A DNA stretch of 64,000 nucleotides from Thalia democratica (taxonomy: Eukaryota), in the NCBI GenBank assembly GCA_965202585.1, contig OZ241831.1, positions 31,496,001 to 31,560,000 of the forward strand. Reading direction: 5' to 3'. Numbering within the stretch: position 1 is the first letter of the stretch; the number at the start of each line of letters is the position of its first letter. The translations under genes and the position numbers were made by a program. The notes under the pieces were generated by a model that was given only the letters and a program-made list of their open reading frames with translations, did not search any database and was not told where the DNA came from. Positions 24,380 to 36,827 of the stretch are shown here, one piece after another.

Positions 24380-26049
24380 TTCTTAAACCTAAACTATAAC
24401 TACAAGGTTTAGATTTTTTTTTTTACTTTCATTATAAGTATGTTAAGTAAAAAAAGTAATAAAGTTGTCGTTATTTTAATTTTCTACATCGTAATCATAA
24501 TATGTTGATTTTTCAGTGCTGACTAAGGTCGATAAGCAACAACATATTAGTACCGGTAACCACTTTATTTCGTACTAAAAAACAATAAGTTTTATGTTTG
24601 ACTTTTTTAATAGAGTTTATAAAATATGTTTCTAATATGTTTTATTTATTAATGTTTCAATAAACTTTAAATTTTTGTTGATGATAGTAACATCTCATTA
24701 TCTACTAGAGGTACATATTAGTAAAGCAACTCATAAGCAAATGTATGCAAAAACTTTCCTAGGTAAATAACTCAAGCTAAATATAAACCTTAAAGTTCTT
24801 ATCCTTTTAACACGTTATAATTTGACTATGGACTTAGAAAAATTGAAATACTTACAAAAACAAAAATATGTTTGTATCTCATTTATCTGTAGTTGTAATA
24901 TTATATCTTTAGCTGTGCTTAAATACATCTAAGCCTTAAACTATTTTTTATTTCACCTTTATTCACTTTTAGACCTTTGTTAGTCTCACAAAACAGTTTG
25001 ACTGCAGATTTCTAAAATTATAAACAAAAATTCTTAAATTCATCAATAATTATATAACCTTAATCTCTTTAAACTTTTTATACTTACCAGTTTGGTTTAA
25101 ATTTCAAAACCATCAAGTAGTGTTTGCTCAAAAACATTTCAAATGATATATTTAACACTAATTTTTATCAAAGTTTATCTTTAAACTTCTACTTACCCTT
25201 AGTCTTAAATTTAAAAAAACTAAAAGTCTTAACATTGGTTGTTATCAAACAAGCCATTCGAAGTTATGAATAAACTTTATAACAAAAGTAGCTAAAGGGT
25301 AGCACTTGATTTTTTTGTTATTAAAAAGCAAACATATACTTGCTTTGTGCGAACAGTGTTATATTTTTTATACAAATTAAAATTTCTTTTATGATTTTTT
25401 GTATAGCGCAAAGGAGTGTTTTAACAAATACTAATGACTAAACAATTTTTATTTAATTTACAATTTATCTTAAACAATAAAGTTTAAATGTTGAAAAATG
25501 TTGGCACTGGTTTCATATGTTTACTAAAGAAGTAATTTCTCTTGAAGAAAAACAGAAAAAACGCCATTGATAAAAATAAGTGTTTGCATACTAATTTATA
25601 AAAGGCTACATGATATTTAAAACAAATTATACTATAAGTGTTTTAGATGTTTTTATAGTTATTACTTTTTATGTATTGAGTATTTAAGTTATAAAGTATT
25701 GGTTGAAAAATATCATTGCCAAGTTTAAAGTTTAGCGCGTAAATTTGTAGAATTGTGTTTGAACCCTACAAAAATTTTCAATAAAATTTTAGAAGAAATC
25801 TCAATTTTAGCATTGAAATTTGTCCTCTACTAAATTTCATAATTACGTCACCGTGCAATTCACTCATCTTCTTTGAAATATAATTTGTTGCATATATTGC
25901 TGGTTTTTATATTGTGTTATACTAGTTAAATTGTTAGTTTATAACTTTTATTGACAAAAGTAGAAAGTAAATTTCCAGTTAAACTTATTCTGAGTAAGCT
26001 CATAGTAGAAAAATCTTCCCATACTTTGTATGCACTTTTTTTGGGAACA

Positions 26050-26365
26050 GGTCACTTTTGCACGAGGGGACAATTTTGCATGAAGACACTTTTGCACTAG
26101 GGTCAGTTTAGCACGAGGGGACGCTTTTGCACGGCGACTCTTTTGCAAAAGCGTCACTTTAAACAAGGGGCACATTTGCACGGCGTCACTTTTGTACGGA
26201 GGGTCACTTTTGCACGAGGGGACGCTTTTGCACGGCGACTCTTTTGCAAGGGCGTCACTTTAAACGAGGGGCACATTTGCACGGCGTCACATTTGAACGA
26301 AGGGTCTCATTTTCACAAAGCGACACTTTTGCACGGTGACATTTTTCATAAAGACAATTTTTCAC
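26050..26365. repeat. GC-rich minisatellite of about 19 units of 15-18 bp (consensus roughly G(T/A)CACTTTTGCACG(A/G)G) with a 101-bp higher-order duplication
   Basis: Repeated TTTTGCACG cores; 26111-26211 is nearly identical to 26212-26312. Confidence 0.9.
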
Positions 26366-28294
26366 AGCAGCATCACTATGGCAAGCAGGCCGATTAAATC
26401 GTTTTTTAGCTAGTACTAAATCTGTACCATAAAAAAAAACTGAAAAGTAAAACTTTATAACAGACACATATCTAAGGCAAAAAATCAAAGAATAAAAATT
26501 ATAAACAGTAAAAATTAATGTGAGAAACAACTTAACTAAAAGATAAAATAATTTATAAAAGATCATAACAGAAACAAAAATTTTTAATTTATTAAGAAAC
26601 AAAGATAAAAAAAATACTTTAAGTTTAAGCAAATTATTTTAGTTTATTTTGAACATATTGTATTAATTAACAACTATGTCTTTTTATACATTTTACTTTA
26701 ACATTTTTTTAATTAACAAATTTTATAAAAAAGCATTTTAAGAAAATTACTTTAATGTTTTATTTATAATGTATTTAATAAGTTTTATTTTATTAATGCT
26801 TTTTTACAAATGAGAGTTGTATATTGGTATGCTGCAATTTTCTGTAGAAATAACTAAAAAGTATGAATTTGGGGCTATAATATAAATAAAAGAGTTTAAT
26901 GATATTATGTTTTTGTATAGTAAAAACATTTTTGTTTGAATCCTTTTGGATATCTTCAGAATGAGAAAAACAACCTTAATGTACAAAATTAGTTATTAGA
27001 ACTATATTGTAAATTTGTACTATTTGGCCTTATTTCGGAATTAGGAATTTAAGAATAAGGCGAGATAGTACAAAGTAATAACAGTTGGAAAAAAAAATCT
27101 TGTACAGAATTTATTCACTAATAAATATGAAAATTAAAAAAAAAAATGTTTCTTTTTTTTTTATTAAATTCGAGCTTAGTAAAAATTGATAACAAAACTC
27201 ATTTTTTCTAAGGGGCCCCACACTAAAAGTCAAACCCCAATCCAATAGATTTTTTATTAAAGACAAAGGACCGTTCTCTAAAATAAAAATATTTAGCTAT
27301 TAAGATAATGAAAACAATAAGGTCTAAAGTTTGGACATTTTTAAAAAATTCTTGAAAAACGTTACCAAGCTAACTTCACACTCGTAAGATTATTTATCTT
27401 AAAAAAAAATCCTTTTGCCGGGAATTTTTTGATAGTGAATTATTTGACTTGCACTGTTTTTGACCGTCTTTAGTTGTGATGTTTCAAAACTTTTTTGATA
27501 TATAAGAAAAGCTTTATTTTTTTTTTTAATAAACCGTAAAAAAAAGTTTTAAACTATTTACAGTTCTGATTTGACAACCTAATTAAATTGTTATAATAAT
27601 ATAAAGATTGTGATAGGTTACAATTTTACACGCTTAAATCCTTATAAAAACTACGTATAGTCCTTGTTCTATAAACTTTCGAAGTATGGATAATTTGTTA
27701 TCAATAATAATAAATTGTGTTAGAATAATAGTATTTAAAAAAATCTTTTCATATTAATTAAATTAGAAAAATCAATAGCTGGAATCTTAACAAAAAATAT
27801 ATGTGTATATAAATCGGCATAGTCTAACAAAACGTTACAAAACTAAAACTTAATATGATGTACAAATAATAAAAAAAATAAAAATTTCTAAAACAATTCT
27901 ATTTATTTCATAAAACAAGTTTTTCAAAGAGTTCATCTGACGTGTTACTTGGTAAAACCTTAATTAAGTTTAAACAAAATAGTAGTTCATCAAAAACTAT
28001 TACAAAACTTTTACATTGTTTACATGGGTAAAAAAAATTTAAACTAGAAACACAATAACAACTGTAATGTAAATTACAACAAGAATTTCGAACTACATAT
28101 CAACAATTTATGAATCTAAATATTATCGTTATTTCTTAAAATAAACCCTGAGAGTTTCTAAATGATCAACTTGTATCAATATAGATTATTAGAAAATATT
28201 TATTAATAACTATCAACGGTTGTTAAATTTCAATCTTGTCGTAACGATTTGTTTACTAAAAATATTGCGGTGTTATACAATTAAGTAAATTAAG

Positions 28295-30159
28295 TTAATA
28301 CAAAGTCAGCTTAGGAATTACAGTAAACTTGTTTACGCTGTTTGCTGTGTGAGTACCTGATTCTGTTGTCCATTCATCCCTATCCACGTTGTAACACAAA
28401 TATGTTGCACGATCTCTGTAAAACAAAAGAATTTTGTTGTCCGTAAATACAGCTCCACATACGAACCGAAGTGGGGAAAACTGAACACTTACAAACTTTT
28501 TGCAAGTTGAATCGTAAACTTCAAAACCTTGATCCCATTGTCCGATTGCAAACAGTTTGTTCTTTACAGCTAGTAAATAAAGATCATATCTTTCCTTTGT
28601 TATACTTGGCATGCACGACCATTCATCAGCTATGTAGTCGTATGATTCAACAGTGTTTAATTGACTATTATTATTAATTCCTCCACACACAACAATTCTT
28701 CCTTCAAATGCCGTGCAGGCCGCACCTGATCTCGCTTCCTTCATGCTTGCCGCGTCTCCCCACGTGCAGTTGTTTGTATCAAAGTACCTACAAGCTGCTG
28801 TTACTTCAAAGTGCATGCAGCCACCGATGAAATAAATTTTGTCAATGAAGCCACAGACGCAAAAATATCGACGATCTTTGAACATGTCTCCTACAACTTC
28901 TAGGGAATCCGCTGCAATTGAGTATTTTTCAATCTTAATTAAATTCTTATAACCACTATACAGACAACCTAAGATATAAACGTGTCCTTTCAAGTAAACA
29001 GGTGGTGGACCATCAAATTGAAAATGATGATTTTTTGTAAGTGAATGAACTTTTCTACATCTTATTAAATTTCTACCATCAACTTTGTTTGCGAATCTTA
29101 TGTAACCATCACCATACTCGTCCATAGAATCTTCAATTACGCCACAGTGCAAAATGTCAAGATTGTTTCCGCTGCAATATCTGGGACAATTCTTTGCATT
29201 TTTAAATTCATTATTTTGCGTGATCATTTCACACTGTTTTATGGCTTCATTTATTATAGCTTGGCATTCAATAAAATTTTTAAACGACGAATTCTTGTGT
29301 AAAATATGTTTTAATGCGTGCCTAGACAGTAAAGATAGGCGAACTGTTATTAGGATATCTTTTAAATGTTTTTTTCTTTCACTAAGTTTGTATCTTATCC
29401 AAGCATCTGCAAAATTAAAAACTTCGATTTCTGAAAATATGTGAATGTTAGAACTCGATAGAACTTTCTTAACTATATCAATATCTAACTCTAAAAAGTT
29501 GTTAGTTTCAGCAACTGTTGTGAACCAACAATGAATGTAAGCTTCTGTTTCTTTTGAAAGATTATTAAAACTGAAGAGCTTAGAGAGACGATAGTAGGTA
29601 GCAGCATTTTGTGGAGTTATTATGGTTTTTATAAGATTGTACATTTCAGTTTCTACATCTTTATTCAGCTTTATCTGATTTAACTTCAAACTTACAACTA
29701 TTTTTTTGACTTCATCAGGAAGGTTACCTAGAAAATAAAATTAATTATTTCAAAACTATTGGTTGTACTTTGTAAATTAATTAGAATACTCGTATTTTTT
29801 TACTAACCAGTTAAATATAGATCAAATTTATGTATAGATTTTTTATCATTTGAAACTATTGCCAGAAAAAAAGAGTTTAAATACCAACTTTAAAAATAAA
29901 AACTTCTATTTGCTGCAGTTACGAAACTTAAAACTATTTTTATGTACTTTCAAGTTACGATTGTAACTAAAATTATTTTACCAGATTGCGCAATTTGATC
30001 GAAAGTTTTCAAGTCATCATCTTTTATGCTTTTCGTAGCATTATTTTGACAAACATCCAAGAAAGTCTTTTTGCTTGTGCGAGTCGCATATAAACTGTTT
30101 AGTTTTACTGGAATCTTTTTATTTTTTCTCTCACTTTTGTTTTTGTAGAACTTTTGCAT
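28295..30159 (-). CDS. Kelch-like protein (BACK domain plus kelch repeats, BTB core apparently missing), exons 30159-29982 and 29727-28295
   Basis: A phase-1 GT-AG intron (29981-29728) joins ...IAQS-G-NLPDEV.... BACK motif FLELDIDIVKKVLSSSNIHIFSEIEVFNFADAWI...VRLSLLS. Kelch repeats with IYFIGG, IVVCGG, VESYD...EW. Minus-strand AATAAA near 28200. Confidence 0.88.
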
Positions 30160-31264
30160 TGCATTTATATTATTTTATATATCAAACTGAAAACCTAAAG
30201 TTATTAACAAAAAAAAACGTTTTTTTAACTTATCATTAAAACAATATATAGACACAGAAACTTAAACAATTTTTTACTAGAGTACTTGTTTAGAATCATT
30301 TAAAAAAAGTTAGATTATTTTAATTAGCTCTAAAAAGTCTTTTTTAATTATTTTAGTTTTTTAAATTATTAATGTTATTTAAACAAAAACGTATTAAATG
30401 TATGTCGTATGTTAATAAACTGTTAAAGAAACGCTTAAAAAATTGAGGTTTAACAAATAAATGCATAAAATCACAATTCAACTATTCTAATAAAGTTAAT
30501 ATTAGTAAGTTAGTTAACAACTTATTTCTGATCTTACTTGGTTCAACACTACAATCAGAATTGCTTCAAACAGCCTTCGTATCTGGACAAATTTATTAAA
30601 AAGATATATAGAAATAGTAATGGATTGGTCTTAATAACTTTAACCTAGTCTAGTAAAAATCAAAAAGTTATCTACTTCTAATAATAAACAGAACAAAACT
30701 GACAATCAGCTTAAACTACAAAAAAGTTTGTATGCTCATGTAGGTCGAGGTTTACCAAAGAAGAAAATATATAGTAAGTCAGTTTAATAGTAAGGTACTA
30801 ACAAAGAGCTTACACTAGATCATTGATTCTAAATATGAGATAAACTCATTTGTTTTACGGAATTAGTTTTCTTGATTACGCATTATGCCAATTCATTTTA
30901 TTAATTTCTCTCTCATTTTATATGTTAATATCTAACTGCAATTTTCATAAAACTAAATAACATCTATAAACTACACGATATTTTATGTTTAGGAAGCTTT
31001 AGTTTAATATAAAGTTTTTTTATAAAGATTCAGCACTATTTTTTATATTTGGGGTTAATTTGGTAATTACCTTTCAAAAAGAGGTAAACAATAAAAAAAA
31101 ATTAAGAACCGTCGCACTAGATATTCTAGAGTTTGTATTGAACAGTAAAAGTAATTGGAGGATTACAAATACTTGAGGGCCATAACTATTAAGGCTGCAA
31201 AATCTAATCTACACTAGATACTTTAGGCTTTTGGGGTTTGTATTAAATAATAAAAAGGTCATTA

Positions 31265-31642
31265 CAGGGTTGAAAAATGTTTCAAGAAAATTTTCTCAAG
31301 ATATTAAAATTTTCTTTAGGTTTTTAAAGGTACACTTTTTTGAATTTTTTTATGGTTTAAAGTCAAATTAAAAGTAAAAAACTGTTTAAAATATTATAAA
31401 AATATTGAAAAGATACTTTAAATATGATTTTTAATAAAAATTTTTTTATGACGACAATTTATTTTTATCTATGTGATAAATACTTTGTTTCAAATTGAAA
31501 TTTTACTGCTTGACACGTAAAAATTGTTTAAAATTCCAGGTTTCTCCAGGCTTTTTATTGATTTTTATCCGAAATTCCACGTTTTTTAGCCTAAATTTTA
31601 AAGTTCTAGGTTTTTTGAGATTTCCAGCTTTTTGCAACCCTG
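31265..31642 (-). mobile_element. MITE family A, reverse orientation
   Basis: CAGGGTTG...GCAACCCTG; perfect 6-bp TSD TCATTA (31259-31264, 31643-31648). Confidence 0.9.
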
Positions 31643-32365
31643 TCATTACATATTTTTAAATTTTTAATAGAGGATGGAAGGAACATATTTCTAAAAATAA
31701 GCCAATATGAAAAATGTTTTTGGGAAACCTTGTTATAGGTAGTATAATAGATTTTATCAAAAAACTTTTAAGAAAACCATAACAGATTTAAACTGACTAA
31801 TAATTTTAGACAGTAAACTTTTTAAAACTAAACTAAGCAAAAATCTCAAGGTTACATTTCTTTATTATTTTTTCAACCTAAATTTATTTATTATTTTTTA
31901 GTAAAACCATAAATACTATATTTAAACAGATAGATTAATACAAATAAAATAAAACTAAGAAGTCTTTAATCTTTTTAAGTCAGATTAATTCAACTCTATA
32001 TCTATAAAAAAACATTTTTTTTTACTAAATTTATACTTTTAAGTTCAATGTACTTTACCTTTTTTATTTTTGTTTTTTTTTATGGTTACTTTTTCATAAG
32101 TTTAAAAAAAACATGTTTGTATATATAATAATTAATTTTATTAAGTTCTTAAGTAAAGTAGAATAAAAGAGAATATGGCTTTTTATATAATTATTAATAC
32201 TTGTTTATAATTTTTCCGTGAATTCTTCTTAATTAAGCTTTGAGAATATGATAAAATGACTTAATAAAAATAACAATAAATTTAAAATGTAGCAGTAGTA
32301 TAAACACTAAAATTTGTTTCAAAGTTATTTATTATTGTGTTTAACAGATGTTTAAAACACTTTTA

Positions 32366-32721
32366 CAGGGTTTTCAAAGGATTTTAAAAATTTACAACTT
32401 ATTTAATTTTCTTCCAGGTTTTTTAAAGTTAAAGTTCATTGCCTCTTATGGTATAAAAGTTTTGAAAAGATTATTTATGCTACTTGAAATGTACTTTATG
32501 ATAAATTAAAACAAAAGTTAAAAAAAAAACATTATGTATTATACTTTTACGTGTAGAATAGGTTTTTTTATTTTATATGCAAAAACTGTTTAAATTACAG
32601 GTTTTTTAAGTTTTTCCAAAATTTTCTCAAACTCCAGGTTTCTCCGGGTTATTTTTGCCTAAATTAGAAAATTTCTAGATATCAAGATTTTTCTTGGTTT
32701 GCAGTTTTTTTGGCAACTCTG
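32366..32721 (-). mobile_element. MITE family A, reverse orientation, degenerate
   Basis: CAGGGTT...GGCAACTCTG with TCCAGGTT motifs; flanks CTTTTA/CTATAA match at 4 of 6 positions. Confidence 0.8.
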
Positions 32722-35587
32722 CTATAACAGCAAAATATATATTTAACTATAAGTAAATTCACATAACTTAAAAAGTATAAAAATCTAAAACAAAAGCTAG
32801 TCTGAGAAGTAAAACTAAAATCTGAAGCATGAAAGGAAAAATAAAGTTTTCTATATAAATAATTTGTAGAAATAATTAATCTAAGTTCGAATATTTTTAT
32901 TTAGTTAAGGTCTAAAAAACATAACAAAGTATAATGCATGTAAACTAAATTTTATCAAACCAATATATATTTTCAATGTTTTCTAAATAATATTTGTATG
33001 ATTGTAACTGTGTTGAACTTTCTTTCTTTTACAATCAAATAAAAAACAACACAAATGTAAACTTAATTTACTAAGCAACAATTTTATAACATTTGAGTAT
33101 TCAAAAGTAAGAAACATAACTAGAGAAATAGTCAAAGTGTTGAACAAATTACTTGCAACTAAAATACTTGTAATCTATTATGTGCAATTTTATGAAATTT
33201 TACACTTCTGCTCAAACACTTTAGTTAAATTTTCTCTGTATAATTTGTTTTCATAGGATTTTTTTATTAAAGTTTTATAGAAATTCATATATTTTTTTTT
33301 TCTAAAGTTAATAAAATCAGTGTTTTATTATATTGTACTATCATCTAAAAATTTTTCTGAAAACTCTGTTTAAACATTATTAAGTTTAAACGCAACTTGA
33401 TTTTATTGCAAAATTAAATTGAAACATTTATTGAAGTCAAAATATTTTAAATCAAAACTTTTTATTTTATCTAAATTTATAAAGTTCGTTGTATATTGGC
33501 TAAAATATAGCATTAAAAGCAAATGAATTCATTATAAAAATAATTAAAAATATTTTAAGATTTTTGAAACGATTCAAATTGTTTATTAAAAATGTTTTAC
33601 TATAGTTTTCTGAGGTATGAATTTGTTACTGTTTATATAAAAATGATGTAGTTGCCAGATTTCTGTCTGCTAGTAGCCGCATAATTACTCATGCGTTACA
33701 ATTTGAATAAATTTAAACAGTATTTTGAGTAATATATTTGTTTAATTATGAAAGTTATGCTAAAGGGCGCAAGTTTTATGCAACGTGCTGTTTTGTGAAT
33801 TTTCAAAATTAAACATTTATTACATGCGTTAAAATATGTTTTTAAGGGTGAAATACTGTACAACAACTTAATAATTTTCAAACTAAATAAATGCCTTCAT
33901 AAAACTCATTGATTTACCTTCTACTTTATCATGTTTTTACTTTATAAAAAATTCTCTTAATTTTTCTACTAAGTATTTGTACCTAACCTTATGTAATGAG
34001 ATTGTTTTTAGTTTTAGAAAAATTGTTATAGTTTGTTAACTGTTTGTGATTGTTTTCATCAACAACTAAATTATTAAAATTTTAAAAGGAGAAAATATAT
34101 ATATATGGTTTATTTTTATGAAGTAAATATCTTTTTTTTGTTTAATATCAAAACATAAATTTCTTTGGTTGTTTCAGTACATTATAATATTAACTTGTTG
34201 CACTATTCTTTCAACTTTTCAATACACACTGAGTTATCTTGACTAGATGTAGTTAATATAGAAAAATAGGTCTTGGAAACAATAAAACTTATTTTATAAT
34301 AAATTTTGATGCAAAATTTCAATACTTTTTTTTCTATCATTTCTAATCAAAGGGAAAGATTTTAACACTATTATTAAATTTTATAATTGTAAGTATAGTG
34401 ATTTTTTTTGCTTTTAGATAGTTGATTGGATATATCTAATATTAGACATAAAATAATTAATTTCAATTTTCAACGGTATTTTAATAATTTATATTTTGAT
34501 TAAAGAAGTACAATTAATACGATGTTAAACTTTAAGATACTGTGAAAAATTATAGATTGTAGATACTGTAAAAGTATTTAGTACAATATTATTAAAAAGA
34601 TGTTTTTATCTAGTTACTTACTTTTTTTCAAGACTAACAGTTTAAATTTAAAAGAGTTTAGGAAAAAAATTTCAATTCATTCTAAAACTACATTTTATAA
34701 TGCAGTTTTGGAACTGCTTATATATAAAGTGCATATATCATTGATATAACATTGAATCATTGATAACAAATTTACACAAAATTCTTAATTAGTTTCAGTT
34801 AAAAAATAAATAATTAATTCTCAAGTTTCTAATTGTTCAGCAGCCACTAAATAATGAAACGTTCGTAGAAAATTTAAGACAATTGCCTACATTTGCTATT
34901 TGTTATTTTTTGAACAAACACATGATGGTTATAAAAATACTTACTATTTGATATTTTAAGAAATAAAATGTTTTTTTACTTGACAAATACTATGCATTTA
35001 TAACTTGTATTTACTTTTTTTTGATCATTACTCAGAACAAAAAAGCACAAAAAAAGCAGTTTGAAAATTTGAGTTCATTGAAAGCTGTATTTCCTGTTCA
35101 TTTTTTCTCAAAACTTGCGCCCACACCTTGGTCTGTTTACTTGATGCTGCAGTGGTATGATAGTTTTTAATCCATTTTATAAATTTCAGGTGTTAAAGCT
35201 ATTGCTTTTAGTAACAAATCTTCTATTAGCTTAAAAGTAACAAATGTTTAACTAATTAATTTTGAATGTTATTATTAAATATAAATTTACATTTTAAGTA
35301 CTTTTAATTAATCAAAAACAGAGAACACAACAAAACAAAGTAGAAAGAATGAAAAAGCTGCTTTAAAAAGCTTTAAACATAAGTATAGTGTGCAACTTTT
35401 TAGTAAATGTAAAAGTACACTTATTTTACACACTTTTTAATCTCCTTATTAAAAAAATATATATTTTTGTATAATAAAATTACCAAATTTCCCAGTAACT
35501 AAAAAAATATATAAGTTAAAAACAGTAACTACTTACAGACTTAACACATTCTAAAGCAAAAAGTTCTAATAACAAAACTAAATAGAA

Positions 35588-35984
35588 AAGGGTTGCCTGT
35601 TATTTTTGGCATTTTTCTTCAGGTTTTCAAAATACTTCAAGGTTTTTAATAATAGTTGTCTTTGGGTCTATATTTAGTTCAAATTAATCTAAAGGTAAAA
35701 AACTGTGTTAGATAGTATAACATTCAAAAAATACTGTAAAGCTACTTTTAATCTGTTTTTTAATTAAACAAAAATTGATGATGATAAAAATTCTTTACCT
35801 ATATGATAATTTTTTTGTGTCGTATTGAAAATTAACTACTTAACATGTAAAAATTGTTTAAAACTCTAGGTTTTTAAGTTATTTTTGTTCAAAACTCTAT
35901 GTTTTTTTAAGATTTTAATTCAACATCTCTAAAATTTAAGTTTTAAAGCTAAATTGTCAAATTCCAGCTTTTGTGACAACCCTG
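35588..35984 (-). mobile_element. MITE family A, reverse orientation
   Basis: AAGGGTTGCC...GACAACCCTG; perfect 6-bp TSD ATAGAA (35582-35587, 35985-35990). Confidence 0.85.
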
Positions 35985-36580
35985 ATAGAAGTCTTAGTCA
36001 TACTTAGACTATTATTTCGAAACAAAAATCTAAAAATTAAAAAGTGTACGGTAAAATAAGCTACCTATAACTAAGATACTATTGTTAACACCAAATTACT
36101 AAGCATTGAGTAAATATATTATCTTTAAATAAAAACTGAAAATCAAAAAAAATACCCCGACATACGTTGAGTTTTGCAACTGAACTTCAAACAAGCTTGT
36201 GTTGAGTTGAGATAGCTAGTTAACTTCTATACGAGCATAAAGTTAATTTTATAGACAAATTTATAAACTTTTTCAAAAAAACATAAAACTTTAATGTCAA
36301 TTATTTTCCTTATGTTAAAAGCTATTTAAAAAATTTTTTTTATCTTAGAGAACGCACCTTTTTCTTTAATTTAAGAAAAAAAAAATTGGTTTAGGGTTTG
36401 AACTATTTCATGGGGTCCCTCCAAAAATAAAGTTTTTTTTTTCTTTTTTTCATTCATATTGCCTTATAACCAAAAATAATTTTTTTTTTAAATTTTTTTT
36501 TTGATTTCCCTTAGTTTGCATGTTATTTAAACTCTTAAATAGTTATTTTATAAATAATGTTAATATCTTTTACGATTTGG

Positions 36581-36827
36581 CTCCAAAACAAAATGATGTA
36601 TATTACACTATCATTTGCCTTGGCCATTTCCTAGATAAAAAAATTGATAAAAGGAAAAAACGATTAATAAGAATGTGAATTACAACAAATTAAATTAAAT
36701 TATTATAGTTTAATTAAATTTGTTGTAATTTACATTCCTATAAATCGTTTTTTTCCTTTTATCAATTTTTTATCTAGGAAATGGCCAAGGCAAATGATAG
36801 TGTAATATACATCATTTTGTTTTGGAG
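36581..36827. repeat. 247-bp foldback (long inverted repeat with arms of about 120 bp)
   Basis: The outer 62 bp of the two arms are perfectly complementary. The inner part has about 5 mismatches and 2 one-base indels, with a loop of about 9 nt. No TSD seen. Confidence 0.95.

Noticed and set aside
25080-25088. ATACTTACC, matching the U1 snRNA 5' end
   Set aside because: No U1 body or Sm site follows; better explained as a minus-strand donor (CTG|GTAAGTAT).
26050-26365. Repeat array as CRISPR, or as coding sequence (ORFs 25948-26181, 26143-26397, 26255-26632)
   Set aside because: Units are contiguous with no unique spacers, the context is eukaryotic, and the ORFs simply reflect the repeat and low-complexity flank.
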